The notes beneath the pieces are model-generated. The model did not search any database and was not told where the DNA came from. It saw nothing but the letters and a program-made list of their open reading frames with translations. Both the position numbers and the translations under genes were made by a program. DNA of 64,000 bases. Source: Octopus vulgaris (Eukaryota). Shown piece after piece: positions 1 to 13,070 of this stretch; within the stretch, counting starts at the first letter, position 1; the number at the start of each line of letters is the position of its first letter. The DNA lies in assembly GCA_951406725.2 (NCBI GenBank), contig OX597829.1, positions 57,226,001 through 57,290,000 of the forward strand, written 5' to 3'.

Positions 1-1316
1 CTCTATGAAATAGTTGACATTGGGAGGAGCATCCAGCCACAGAAACCAAACCCAAGCAGACAACTGAGGAGCTTGGAGCAGACAACTCTGGCTTCTCTGT
101 TCATGTCAAACCATCCAACTCATGTCAGCTTGGAAAAGAAATGTTAAATGATGATGATGATGATGATTACGCAGAGCCACACATATCATTCAATGTTCTC
201 TTTCCATGCTGCCATGGATTGGCTGTTTCCACAGGAATTGGCAAAGTCAGAAGACTGCACCAAGCTCTGCTGTCTCTTTTAGCATGGTTTCTATAGTTGG
301 AAGCCTTTCCTAATGCCAACCACTTTATAGAATGTACAGGAACCAACAGCAGCAAAGTCACTAAATATCCTGCAAGACAAAGACCCATCAATTGAGTGGG
401 GAGCAGTATTGAGGGAGATGGCTTTGTGCCAAGGGATGAGAAACTAGAGTATAACTAGGGGGACAGAAATAGGTGTTTTGCTGTAGAAGTGATAGGCTAC
501 CCCTGTTGGAAAGAGCGAGAGAGGGGAGACGAAGAATGTATCTCAAGTTACAGAGACGGGTATATATAAGTGAAGTGATACAGAGGACTGGATAGGGTGA
601 ATGGGCAAGGAAATTTGCAAGAAAGAGAAAGGATAGTGGGAGATGGATGGGAAAGTAATGCAGTGAGGGAACATAGGTAGATGGAAGTGGGTGTTAAGAA
701 GATACGTTTTGGGAAAAAGATTTGTTAGGGATGTGTATATAAGTATCATCATCATCATCATTTTAACATCCACCCTTCAATGTTTGCATGGGTCAGCTGT
801 ATGTTCTTCCTATCAACAAACTTCACCTGTTTCCAAATAAGGTAATAGTTCCCCATGACCAGACCACTTGCATGATAGAGATATTCATTTATAGCTATCA
901 TCTGAAGTCAAAGCACAGAGACAGTAACACACGTACGTATATATGATGGGCTTCTTTCAGCTTCCATCAACCAAATTCACTCAGATGACTTTGGTCAGCC
1001 AAGGGCTATTATAAAAGACACTTGCCCAAGGAGTTACGCAGTGGAACTGAACCCAAAACCACGTGGCTGAGAAGCAAGCTTATAACCATATAAGCAAAGA
1101 CACACACACACACACACGCAGAGCTGGTGTCACGTAAAAATTCCCCAGTACACTCTGTAAAGTGGTTGGTTTAAGAAAGGATCCAGTCATAGAAACCATG
1201 CCATAACAGATAATTGGAGTCTGACGTAGCCTTCAGTCAAACCGTCCGACCCATGCCAGCATGGAAAACAGATGTTAAACGATGATGATTATGACAATGA
1301 TAGATATGAATCTAAC

Positions 1317-1406
1317 CTTCTGTTTGGCAGCTTCTGTAAACAATTGCACAGCTTGAGAGAAATCACTGCTTTCTTCAATATAATGAACTCCAAGATACGT
1401 CTTTGC
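1317..1406 (-). CDS. DELE1: DELE1-like, coding exon 7 (AKTYLGVHYIEESSDFSQAVQLFTEAAKQK); gene continues beyond position 1
   Basis: ttttcag acceptor and AAG|gttaga donor, 90 nt. Sel1 pattern matches the DELE1 repeat order, and no stop codon is reached in the window. Confidence 0.9.
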
Positions 1407-2373
1407 CTGAAAAGATAAGATCATTTAATGTATAATATGATACTTTAGACGAGGACGATAAAGAAGACGGGGAGAGAAGCGGATTCGTGAACCTGTGGGT
1501 GGATTAAAAGTTGGTCGGTAGTTGTAGGGGGTGAGCTGAATTAATAATAGTCATAAATCAATTCTTTTATGTAACCTTAATACTTTTCTATAGCAAATGG
1601 TCATAACATGCATGATGTGTGTGCGTATGTGTGTGAGCGTGTACATGTGTGCATGTGTGTGAGTCCATTTGTTCAATGCTTACGTGGGTCAACCAAAGTT
1701 ATAGGTAGAGTTCCTATGGCTAGATGCTTTTCCTGTCACCAACCCTTGACTGTTTGCAAGCAAGGCTAGGGACATAGTCTCAAAGAATATTGGAAATGAA
1801 TGACACTCATTTATGACTGTCCCATGATGTCAAGACAAAGAGACACTTGCACACACGCATCACTACTGGATATATTTCTTATTCATCACTGGTTGCAATA
1901 TGCTTCCTAGCATTGTTGTCGCTATCCAATGATGCTACCCTCCTGACAAGGGGCGGGGGGGGGGGACACAGGCCAATGTCTCCCCGTCCCCACAGAACAA
2001 AATACCAATCCATTGCAAAGTTAACCATTTACAGCTGAGTGGACTGGGAAAATGTGAAATGGAGTGTTTTGCCCAAGAACGCAATGCACTGCCTAACTAG
2101 AAATTGAATCCTTGATCTCGTTGTGAGTTCAACATGTTAACCACTGGGCCACACAACATCACACACAAATATATATAGAATTGCTCATAATTATCAAAGG
2201 AAGAACTGAATAAAGTTAGCTTTTGTGATTTTTTGCAAATAGTATAGTCATTATTTCCTTTATTAATAATAATCTTTCAATAAAAGTGTGATGGAAAGGA
2301 GATAACTCCCTTTTAATTTTTCGAGGGGTCTTATGCTTTTACTTTCTCATTTTATCTCTATTTCTCTGTGTGT

Positions 2374-2480
<107 letters not shown>

Positions 2481-2519
2481 CATTTTCTTTCAACCTATGT
2501 GAAGCAGTAATCTATTTGT

Positions 2520-3100
2520 GTTAACAGCAGCCAGGGTCATTTACTGCTTTTTTGCCTCCTTATGATTCTCTGCTTTGGTGTGGGTGTTGTGTATGCATTC
2601 CCTTATTATCTCCCTTGCTTCCCGTATCAAAAAGCACTGGCATCAAAAAAACTTGTTCAACGATGTCCAAAACAGCAGTGTCACATCAGCAGCGTCCAAT
2701 TGTCCCGGTCTGTTGCCATCTCTCACCCCGACGTATCGATCACCTCCTCCATCTGCCCTTCAACCCTTCCTCATCTTTTCAGATGTTGCCTGCCTGCCCC
2801 TCTCCTCTGAAATTCTCCCATCTCTTGCACCCTCACCCACACACACCCTTGCAATCCCTTACCCTTTACACACTACTCGCATCTCTGACCCCTCCCATTA
2901 CTACAACTCTCACACCTATATGAACCACATGGACAACTCATCACCATTAATTATACCTTCAAAGACAAATAAAGGTTCATTCTGACTTTCCCTTTCCTGA
3001 ATGTGAATAGCAATGTGGCTCCACCTCTACATCAAGAACCTTCTTTACTCTAACTAGCATAAAAACGCCACCCCACCCTCCTTAGGTTTTCTAGACTTGT
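2520..3100 (+). mobile_element. Degraded Penelope-like relic
   Basis: Fragments SLASRIKKHWH and NKGSF...NSNV resemble the PLE linker and GIY-YIG lead-in; heavily decayed. Confidence 0.3.
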
Positions 3101-4422
3101 GAGGTACATGGCAACCTCACTAGGGCTGGTGCCACAAAAAAAAAAAAAAACCCAAAAGGCTAAAAAAGAAAAGCATCAGTCCACACAGTAAAGGGGTTGG
3201 TGTTAGGAAGGGCAGCATCCAACCTTATGAACCATGCCAAAACAGCCATTGCAGCATGAAGCAGACCTTAGATCCATCGGAACTTGTGAAACCCATGACA
3301 GCATGGAACTAGGATATTAAAAGATGTGTGTGTGTGTGTATGCATGCAATGTATGTATGTATATGGGTGTTGGTGTGGTTGAGTGGTAAGAGCTTTGCTC
3401 CCCCAACCACATGGTTTTGTGTTCAATTTCACTACACAGCACCTTGGGTAAGTGTCTTCTCCTATTGCCTTAGGCTGACCAAGCCTTGTGAGTGGTTTTG
3501 GCGGAGGGAAATTGAAAGAAACCCATTGTATATGTAAATCTATGTATGTAAATATATGTGTGTGTATATACATACATACACACACACGTGTCTGTCTGTC
3601 TGTCTGACAATCTATCTATCTACTTGTCTGCCTGTCTATCTCTCTCTCTATCTATCTACCTACCTATCTACATATATAATACTGAACTGTTAATTCTTAC
3701 ACATTCTTTTCCCTTCCTGTTTCTTTTTCATTCACTCTACTTTTTTTTCCTCTCAATCTTTTCTGTCAAAGACTTTTCCATTCTTCCCAAGCGCTAAACT
3801 AATACACCTGCTTGTTCCTCCACCTGTCTTTGTCTTTTGTTTTCTGTAGATTTGAACAATACACACACACACACATATATATATCATCATCATCATCGTT
3901 TAACATCCGCTTTCCATGTTAGCATGGGTTGGACGATTTTGACTGAGGGCTGGCGAACCAGATGTCTGCACCAGGCTCCAATCTTGATTTGGCAGAGTTT
4001 CTACAGCTGGATGCCCTTCCTAACGCCAACCACTACGAGAGTGTAATGGGTGCTTTTTACATGCCACTGGCACGGGGGCCAGTCAGGCGGTACTGGCAAC
4101 GACCTTGCTCGAATCCTTTTACACATGCCACCAGCACAGGTGCCAGTAAGGCGACGCTGGTAAAGATCACGCTTGAATGGTGACCACGTCAGTGCTGGTG
4201 CTACGTAAAAGGTACCCAGTCCACTTTGTAAAGTGGTTGGTGTAAGAAAGGGCATCCAACAGTAGAAGCCTTGCCAAAGCACTCACTTGACCATGATGCA
4301 GTCCTTGGACACACTGAATCCTGTCAACCCATCCAACATGGATGTTTAATGATGATGATGATTATGATTATTCCATACAAAGTTGTAATAGCACCATTTT
4401 CAAATGCAAAAAGACTTCTTAC

Positions 4423-4581
4423 CAATGGATATCCAAGGTCAGCAGCTTTGAGTAATAGCTTAATAGCTTCAGACTTTCCCTGACTTTTGTTAGCAACTTC
4501 TCCATGCAAGTATAGTACAGCCAGGTTAAATAGTGCCCCGCAATGGTCCTGATCAGCAGCATTTGTATAATATTTCACAGC
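4423..4581 (-). CDS. DELE1: DELE1-like, coding exon 6 (AVKYYTNAADQDH...KAADLGYPL)
   Basis: ttccag acceptor and TTG|gtaaga donor, 159 nt. The Sel1 repeat continues in frame. Confidence 0.92.
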
Positions 4582-4689
4582 CTGGAATTGAATTTAAGTA
4601 GAAAGAAATGAAAGCAAAAATGAAACAAATTAGCCGTGTACTGCTCCAGCAATTTTTAATGTTCATCTGCCTCTTCATTGATTTAAAGA

Positions 4690-4960
4690 AAACTGGGATC
4701 ATTACATCTGTATTAAAAGGTCCAAGAGTGAATGGCTGAAAATGTTCATGGTCATGTCACTCCTAACATTTGCTCTCCTGATTTAAAACCCCTGGATTTC
4801 TAGGTGTAGGGCATTATGGAGAGGGAAACCTATAAGCGTGCCCAGATTCTATAGAGTCTGTAGCATAGAATCTAACGAGCTGTCCACAAGGCTTTGGCGC
4901 TCATGGAGATGAAAACTTTGGTAACTCTATGTCTAAAATTTAAATTTTTGTTGTAACAAT
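4690..4960 (+). mobile_element. Tc1/mariner transposase relic
   Basis: Translates to MAENVHGHVTPNI-SPDLKPLDF*V*GIMERE, matching the SPDLNPLD motif. Confidence 0.55.
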
Positions 4961-5047
4961 TATTGCTCTATTCTTTAGAGTATACTTTTTTCTGATATAT
5001 GCTTTATTAATTAACTATATACATACACATGCATATATGCACATAGA

Positions 5048-5095
<48 letters not shown>

Positions 5096-5452
5096 CATCA
5101 TCATCATCATTTAATGTCCGTTCTTCATGCTGGAATGGCTTAGACAGTTTAATTGGAGTTGATGAGCTGCACCAGGTTCCAGTCTGGTTTGCCATATTTT
5201 CTACAGTTGGATGCCATGCCAAACCAGACTGGAACCTAGTGCAGCTCTCCGGCTCAGGAAGAGCATATTTGGCATTAGGAAGGGCATCCAGCTGTAGAAA
5301 CTCTGCTAGATCAGATTGGAGCCTGGCACAGCCATCTGGTTCACCAGTCCCCAGTCAAACCTTCCAACCCATGCTAGCATGGAAAGCAGACCTTAAATGA
5401 TGATGATGATGATATGTGTGTGTGTGTGTGTATGTATATATACACATACATA

Positions 5453-6060
5453 CACTACTGTGCAAAAGTTTTCGGCCACCTCACCTAAACCAATCAAGAT
5501 ATAGTACTTTAAAACAGAAAAATGCCTATAATGGAAATTTTATTACATAATGTTCTTTTCAAGAAGTTATTGTACATTGTTAATATTTCGTGTGGCTTCC
5601 CTTAGTGTGAATAATTGCTTCAATGCACCTGGGAAGAGTTGTGTACAAATCTTCCACCGTCTTCGCAGGTGTGAAATACCATTCTCTGTGGCTAAATCCT
5701 ACAACTTCTGATGAACTCTTCTCTTTAATTCTGTCCACATTTCCTCAATGATATATTTAAGTCAGGACTCTGAACTGGCCAATCTTTCAATACAATGATA
5801 CCTTCATCAGCCAGACTCTGTTGTGTTGCATCTGCGATCTGTGGCAAGGAGTTCTGTCAGGCTGAAAAATCTCTCCTTCATCCAGGTCTGCTACCAAATT
5901 CTCCTTCAACAACTGGATGTATTTGGCACTATTCAAGTTACTGTCAATTTTAACCAATCTCCTTGAACCATCACTTATTATGTATCCCCAAAGCATCAGA
6001 CCCTTACCCCCAAACTTCACTGTTTTTGCAGGTTGTTTTGCTTTCCTGGAGGCCTTCTGA
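5453..6060 (-). mobile_element. Tc1-family transposon, 3' half with terminal repeat
   Basis: TVKFGGKGLMLWGYI, IFQPD, DWPVQSPDLNI-(frameshift)-IEEMW and C-terminal KGSHTKY*. The end CACTACTGTGCAAAAG is next to TA. Confidence 0.85.
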
Positions 6061-6258
6061 CAAGTTCTCGCTAATTATGCCACAGCATAGAAACATGTTA
6101 ACTGATGAAGATCATAATTCAATTATTTACATCTATGACTAAATAGAATCTTTCCAATTGAAGTAGCCATGTATCTCCTCTACAGCAAGACAATGATGAT
6201 GTGAGGATGTGAGAGAATTAAAAAAAAAAGAGAAGAAAACAAAGTCCATTTAACTAAC

Positions 6259-6501
6259 CTTTTTGATATTTCTCTCAACACCAATTCCTTGATCGTAACA
6301 CAAACCCAAGTTGAAACTTGACTTTGAGTGTCCAAGTTCTGCAGACTGCTTCCAGTAATCAACAGCTTTAGAATAATCTCCCGTACTGGCAGCTTTCACT
6401 CCATTCATGTACTTGTCCACACCAATCAACATGTTCTCAGTCAATTCCTTTATTTCTTGGGTAGCATTTTCTAAGTCTTGCTTGTTCTTCAAATCAACAT
6501 C
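6259..6501 (-). CDS. DELE1: DELE1-like, coding exon 5 with first Sel1 repeats
   Basis: ctgcag acceptor and AAG|gttagt donor, 243 nt. AVDYWKQSAELGHSKSSFNLGLCYDQGIGVERNIKK is a clear Sel1-like repeat. Confidence 0.92.
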
Positions 6502-6797
6502 CTGCAGATATTTAAATAAAATGGTAATTATAACAACTCTTAAATGTTTCAAATACAATTTGTGATTGAAAATATTATTTTCTTTTGTGAAATTATAATC
6601 ATTCTTTTGTCTAGAATATTAGTATGGAATTATATGGAAGTTTTCCCTTCCTGACAACATGGAAAGGGATTTCTTCAAAGCAGTAATTATTATTATTATT
6701 ATTATTACTGTGTTGTGGATCTCAAAGTATATAACGTTATAAATAATAGCCTTGAAAATGCTTGGTTGAGAAACCTTTTTGGATAGAAAAAGTCAAA

Positions 6798-6866
6798 GGC
6801 TGTCCATGGGATTTGAACCCACATCTACTGTAGACATGACAGATGTTCTACTATTGGACCAAAGTC
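6798..6866 (-). pseudogene. tRNA-derived relic or SINE head
   Basis: TGGTCCAATAG (A-box-like) and a GTGGGTTCAAATCCCAT T-arm are present, but the acceptor stem does not pair well. Confidence 0.4.
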
Positions 6867-7134
6867 AATCCTTTGAATTTCTTTCTATATTTTAGAAACC
6901 TTATTCTATACGAGAATGTGAAATAATTCTTTTTTTTGGAATAATATATTTTGAAGCACATACATTATATTTTATAAATATTAAACTGAAAAAAAACCCT
7001 TTTGTATAGAAAATGGTCAACAACTGCCTTTGGGACTTGAACTTGAATCTTCTGTGATTTTTAGTTCTTTAAAATAAAACAAAACCTAAAGCAAGAACAC
7101 AAGAACATAAAAACAAAAGGAAATGGTAACTCAC

Positions 7135-7305
7135 ATCTTCCTCTGCGGTATTTCCCACTGATCTCTTCTGGGTGGAATCAAAGATTGCTGCTTGGTTAAA
7201 GGGGAAGACAAAGGTTAGATACTTTAGCAAAGATTGTTTGCTGAAGGTATCATGGTACTTGAGGTACTGTTGATTGATATGTAGACCAAGGATTACAATG
7301 GTACC
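7135..7305 (-). CDS. DELE1: DELE1-like, coding exon 4 (GTIVILGLHINQ...TAEED)
   Basis: cacag acceptor and GAT|gtgagt donor, 171 nt. The junction ALGIIGC|GTIVILGL resembles the hydrophobic DELE1 segment recalled as AISWGTLAVLAL in human. Confidence 0.85.
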
Positions 7306-7393
7306 CTGTGTGAGAAATAAAAAACATTGTGAAACAGTAAAGACTCTCTTAATTATGCATTCAACCCTTCAACATACAAATTACTCTATACAT

Positions 7394-7424
<31 letters not shown>

Positions 7425-8059
7425 TATATATATCATCATCATCATTACTCTATGAAATGTAATGCTTATCTATTCAAGTTGCTTCGAATTAATCATGCTT
7501 TATTTTGTAGCTGTGAGCTTTTAATGATGCGATTGTTTAATTTTAAGAATGTCATTGTAGGGTAGGTGTAAGAGGTCAGATATGGCCAGTTTGACCCTAA
7601 AATGAACAGGATAACTGGGCCAGAAATTTTTATGCTAAAAACAACTGACATTGTAGGGTAGGCATGAAAGGCTGGATCTGGTCAGTTTGAACATAAAGCT
7701 GAGTCAAGGGTTAGGGTTAGGATACTTGGGCTGGATATGGTCAGTTTAAATGGCCAAAGAGTCGAAGGTGAAACAATGATTATGTGAGGTTAATCCACTG
7801 GATCACCTTGCTATAGATCATATCTCATTTAAAACAACCACAACACCAGCAACAACTATTTGTACCATAACAAACCACTACGCTACAACCACCACCACCA
7901 CCACCCCTTTAATACACAACAATTACTACAGTCATTGCTGCAGTAATCATCCTCTCTCTCTCTCTCTCTCTCTCTCCTGAAAGTGAGTAACCATGTAGTT
8001 CTTCTACAATAACCTGGCTGCACCCCAAAACCCTTCCCTCCTCTCCTCATACTCTATAC

Positions 8060-8243
8060 CAGTGGTTCCCAACCGGGGGTTTGCAAAGGTAGTACTGGGG
8101 GTCTGTGAACTAAATTTAAAATATCATATATATATATATATATAATATATGTATACACACACACACATACACATACATAAGGTTAAACATATTAAAGGGG
8201 TCCAGGGGAAAGCTTATTGAAATAAAAGGGTTGCGAACCACTG
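8060..8243. mobile_element. hAT (Charlie-like) MITE
   Basis: TIRs CAGTGGTTCCCAACC and GGTTGCGAACCACTG, with an exact 8 bp TSD CTCTATAC at 8052-8059 and 8244-8251. Confidence 0.9.
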
Positions 8244-10134
8244 CTCTATACCCTCATCTCCTCACATAAATGTAGCTCAGCTCTGCCCCTGGGGATTTTG
8301 AAGTCTTATGAGCATCATGGAAACCTCAGTAGTGTCAGTGGCACAAAAAAAAAAGCACCCCACACACCCTGTAAGGTCATTAACATTAGGAAGGGAATCC
8401 AGCTGTAAAATCCATGCCAAAGTGGACAGACATGGGAGCAGTATGATGCAATCCTTGGGCCCATCAGACCCTACCAATCTGTCCAACGTATTCCAGCATA
8501 GAACATGGGTGTTGAATAATGATGATGATGATGATGATTGCTGCCCTCACTATCACCACTACAACTGCAGCTGCTACCAGTTGTTACTGCATGTGTTGTG
8601 TACAACTCTTAATTGCATCCAGTGGTGGTGCCCTGGTTCAGGAGTTCCAAGATCCTGAGGAGTATGGAACCACCCCTTTAGCCATTATTTGTTCCCAGGT
8701 CAAGCAGCACATGTCATGGTCCCAGTTATGGGCTAATTAGCATATTAGGGCTTGCTTACCTATGTATGTAAAGACTGTACAAGAAACCTTCACGGCTCAC
8801 ACAGGGGGCCAAAGGCTTCCGCAGCAATGCATTGTGGAGTGCTTAGAACAAGAAGACACCTGGCTTGACCTGGTCGTGGTGTCAGTGTTAAGAGAGTGAG
8901 GTTGATGGTGTGCAACGCTTCACTTTAAAGAAAATCACAGCACAAGTCATCAGTCATCTATAATGATGACCAGATGACCCTTGTCACTTTGATGGACAAA
9001 CATGCAGGGTCAGATGACAAGCTCCTTGTCAGAGGCACCTGGGAGGAATTTAAGCTCAGACTATAAAGAGTTGGAACAATGAAAACAACGTTTTTTTTTT
9101 GTTCAGCACTCTAAATTGAAACAGTCCACTGCCCTGTAGATGTACTTTATCCACAACCCCAGTCATGGCTGTGTGGTAAGAAGCTTGTTTACCAGCCACA
9201 TGGTTTTGGGTTCAGTCCCACTATGTGGCACCTTGGACAAGTGTCTTCTACTGCAGCCTAAGGTAGGCCAGTTCTTGTGACTGGATTTGACAGACGGAAA
9301 CTAAAAGAAGCCCTTGTATACGTGTGTGTGTGAGTGTATATATTACTGTCTCCTTACCATGTCAGCACATGAATATCATCATGATGGAAGCAGTGTTATT
9401 TATTTCCATGTCTGACCATGGGGGAAATATTATCTCATTTGGAAACAAGTGAGGGTTAGTGACAGGAAGGGCACCCAGCCATAGTAAATCTGCCTCAACA
9501 AATTCTGTGCAACCCATGCAAGCATGGAAAAGTGGATGTTAAAACAATGCTGATGATGTCCCCGACCTCCTATAAAGGATAAAATGCAAAGTTAATCTAA
9601 GTGGGATCTGTACTCAGAGCACAAATACAATGGACATTAGGATTGCATCATCATCATCACCACCACCACCATCACCATCTAATGTCTACTATTCCATGCT
9701 TGTGCAGGTTGAATGGAGTTTTTTTGAGGCAGATAGTCTATGCCTGGATGGTCTTCACATCACCAAGCAATGTAATATTTCTCCATGACCTGAAATGTTC
9801 TTGCAGGATATTGGAAATGGACGACACTGTTTGCATGGCGGAGAGACACACTTTTTTATAGCCACCACACAATGTCAAGACAAGGAGATACAAATATATA
9901 CTCACAACCCATGCACATACGTCTAGACGTGCTTGTTTTTAGTTTCTATCAAATTCACAAACAAAGCTTTGGTTGGCCTGGGGCTATAACTGAAGATACT
10001 TGCCCAAGGTGGCACACAATGTGACTGAACACGGAACCATGTGCTTGGGAAGCAAACTTCTTACCACACAGCCACACCTGTGCCTTTGTTTAACCAAACA
10101 GAAATGAAAAGAAAACAGTTTTAGTGGAACTTAC

Positions 10135-10252
10135 GCAACCAATAATGCCAAGTGCTTTCGATGGATTTGTGTGATAAGACCAAAAGTTTCCATTGTAATT
10201 CTTCCATTTCTCCTTGGGGTTACAGTCTTGTAGAGGAAGATCAACTGATTTG
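10135..10252 (-). CDS. DELE1: DELE1-like, coding exon 3 (KSVDLPLQ...KALGIIGC)
   Basis: tttgcag acceptor and TGC|gtaagt donor. 118 nt, phase 2 to 0, open frame. Confidence 0.85.
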
Positions 10253-10337
10253 CTGCAAATGGAAAATACATATTTATATTAACTCTTCAGCTTTCACATT
10301 ACTCTGATGATAAATGCAATATTTATTTATTTACATT

Positions 10338-10918
10338 ATTTACATTTGACGGATATTTGTCCTCATCTTGTTTGTTAACACACCTCTTTGACTGATATAC
10401 CCTCCAGCCTTCTTCAGGTGTCTTGGGGAAATTTCAAACCTGGGTTCTCATTCCTAAGGTATTTTTCGATGTTAATATTATTATTATTATTATTATTGCC
10501 TTTGCACAGCTTCTAACGCTGGAGATGTACTACAGTGTCAGCTGTTCACTACTAGTAAACTAAGGTAACACCTCTTATTTTTCGAGCAGCTTTCGGAGTA
10601 TCCGAGCTGTTTCAATCAGTGCTGTTTTCTGCAAGTGTTCCACCCTTATTGCAGCCCCTATTTGTTCCACGTACTTCTCGAGATTTTTACTCTCTGTTCC
10701 CAGGGCACTGACAATTATTGGTACCACTGCCACCTTTTTATCGACCACAACTGTTTAACTTCCCAAGCCAACCTGTCATATTTCTCAACTTTTCTTTCTT
10801 CCTTATCTTTGTTATCAGCTGGGCATGCTATATCTATGATCCAGCATAGTTTATTTTTTTCTCAATTAACACTATGCCCAGCTTTTTGTTTTCTTTCTCA
10901 ATTAAGACTATGTCAGTC

Positions 10919-10956
<38 letters not shown>

Positions 10957-11048
10957 TCACTGCTTGAAATAGAACTTGGAATCTTGGGATTAGTAGCCTG
11001 CGCTCTTAACCACAACACCATATACACACGGGCATATGGTGTAGTGGT
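10338..11048 (-). mobile_element. tRNA-headed SINE-like element, interrupted by a Dong fragment and inserted in a MITE
   Basis: Head TGGTGTTGTGGTTAAGAGCGC...GTTCTATTTC, then (AAT)n. An approximate TSD ttattt-acatt flanks it near 10323 and 11049. Confidence 0.6.
10498..10920 (-). mobile_element. R4/Dong-type 3' fragment in (TAT)n
   Basis: CWIIDIACPADNKDKE...KVEKYDRLAWEVKQLW...VVPIIVSALG matches the restriction-like endonuclease C-terminus; (TAT)n on both sides. Confidence 0.7.
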
Positions 11049-12949
11049 TTATTTATTCACATTGTTTTGAATTAATCATGGGATTATCTTGTGGTTTCAA
11101 GATTTTGGTTACGTGATAGCTTTTCTATAGAATGACTTTGTAAGGACAGGTATGAGAGACCAGATCTGGCTGGTTTGAACATAAAACAAGGTAGAGTATC
11201 TGGGCCTGTTATGGCTGCTTTAAACACTAAAGGGTGAATGGTATAGCATGATCTGTTTTTTCCCAGAAACTATTTGCTCCTTAATTACACCACCCAATTA
11301 TTTTAACTTCCTCTTATAAGGTAGGCTAGCCATGTATCACCTGTATGGCCCAACACCTATGCTTGTTCATCTATCATAGAAGGGGGAGATGGCTTCATGG
11401 CACCCCCTGCTTATACTTAATACTGCTTTAAACATAGTTATAGGGGCTTTTCTCTGGTGGGGTCTTGCAACTTACTCAATAACTTCAGTATTCCTGGTTG
11501 CAAGAAAAACGTACCCAGTGCACACTGTAGGGTGGTTAGTTTCAAGAAGGGTATTAAACCACAGAAACCAAACCAAAGCAGACAGTAGAGCCTGGTGCAG
11601 CCCTCTGGCTTGCTGGATTCTACCAAATCATCCAACCCATGCCAGCATGGAAAACAGATGATGATGATGATTCACAAATATTTTCAATATTTTAGACATA
11701 GAATAGCTCAGGGTGTAAGGTATTGATTATGTATTGATCTCTGATCTTTAGCATTCAGATCACGCCTCTGTCAAATGAAATGTTTATTTATTCATATTGT
11801 CTTGAATCGATCATGGGATTATCTTGCAGCTTCAAGGCTTTTGAAGGTGGAATTGTTTATTTTTAGAATGACATTGTATGGCAGATGTAAAAAGCCAGAT
11901 CTAATCCCTTTTGGTAAATTGCAGGACAGAAATAAAGAGTAGGGAAACATGAAAGGGAAAAAACCCTTGCTACTAAGTGGTGGTGGGGAGAGTATTTGAG
12001 GGAAAGAAGCTTTATGCTAAGGACAAGAACAGGTACCTTGCTGTACAGAAGATACGTGCCTATTCCACAATGTGAGGTGCTGCTGCTGTTGTAGTAGTAG
12101 TAGTAGTTGTAATTGGGAAGAGGATAAAAGATGGTAGTGATAGGGTGCTGGAGCAAACTATTAAAGTACAAGAAAGTGAGAATAAGAGAGGATATGGTCA
12201 GTGGGCCAGGGAAGAGAAGAGAGAGTGAGTGGGTACTATCATAAGTGTGTGTGGGGAGAGTAACAGATGGTTAAAGAAGGAGGGTGGAGGACGTATACCT
12301 GTATGGAGAGGGAGCTCAATAAAGATAGATGAAAAGGTAAGGGGAAAATAAGCAAGGTGAGTAGGTAAATGTAGGTGTACATAAGGGTAGCTGGAGGCCC
12401 TTCCTGCTGCCAATCCTCATTTGGTTCCAGGCATGGTGAAACATGTTCTGGTGGAATAATGATAATGAATGACACTGCTTGTTTGACAATGCTGGCATGG
12501 GTTGGACAGTTTGACAAGAGCTGGCATGGTTGGAGAGCTGCACAGGCTCCAACTGTCTGCTTTGGTATGATTTCTATGGTTGAATGCTCTTCCTAACACC
12601 AACCATTTTACTGAGTAGGCTGGGTGCTTTAACTGTGGCACCAGCACGGATGCCCTTATATGGCAATGGCACAGGTGCTTTTATGTGGCACCAGCACTCG
12701 TGAGTCTGCAAGACAGGGATCTTTTGGCTGGAGCTTTTTTACAGTTTCATCTACAAAAATCCACTCACAAGGCTTTGGGTGGTCTGGGGGCAATAGTAGG
12801 AGACACTTGTCCAAGGTGCCATGCAGTGGAATTGAACCTGAAAGTATGTGATTGGGAAGCAATCTTACCACTCAGCCATGCACACACTTATATAAAAGAT
12901 ATATTTAAAAATGAATCAACAAACGTATACAAAAATTAATTATACTCAC

Positions 12950-13070
12950 ATATCACAGAACTGTGTATTAGTCTGCTGTGGTTCGTCACATTTTTCATAG
13001 ACTTTCTCAGAATCTTTCTGCAGATTCTTCAAAGATTTGTGAACCAAAGATTGCCAGCGTGCCCGAAATA
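12950..13070 (-). CDS. DELE1: DELE1-like, coding exon 2 (VFRARWQ...TQFCD)
   Basis: Pyrimidine tract with gtgtag acceptor and AT|gtgagt donor. 121 nt, phase 1 to 2, consistent with both neighbours. Confidence 0.8.

Noticed and set aside
4324-4422. ORF extension VRSLFAFENG... as DELE1 coding sequence
   Set aside because: This is read-through past a canonical donor into intron and SINE sequence; splicing restores the Sel1 pattern.
6798-6866. Functional tRNA gene
   Set aside because: The T-arm is present, but the acceptor and anticodon arms do not form a proper cloverleaf.
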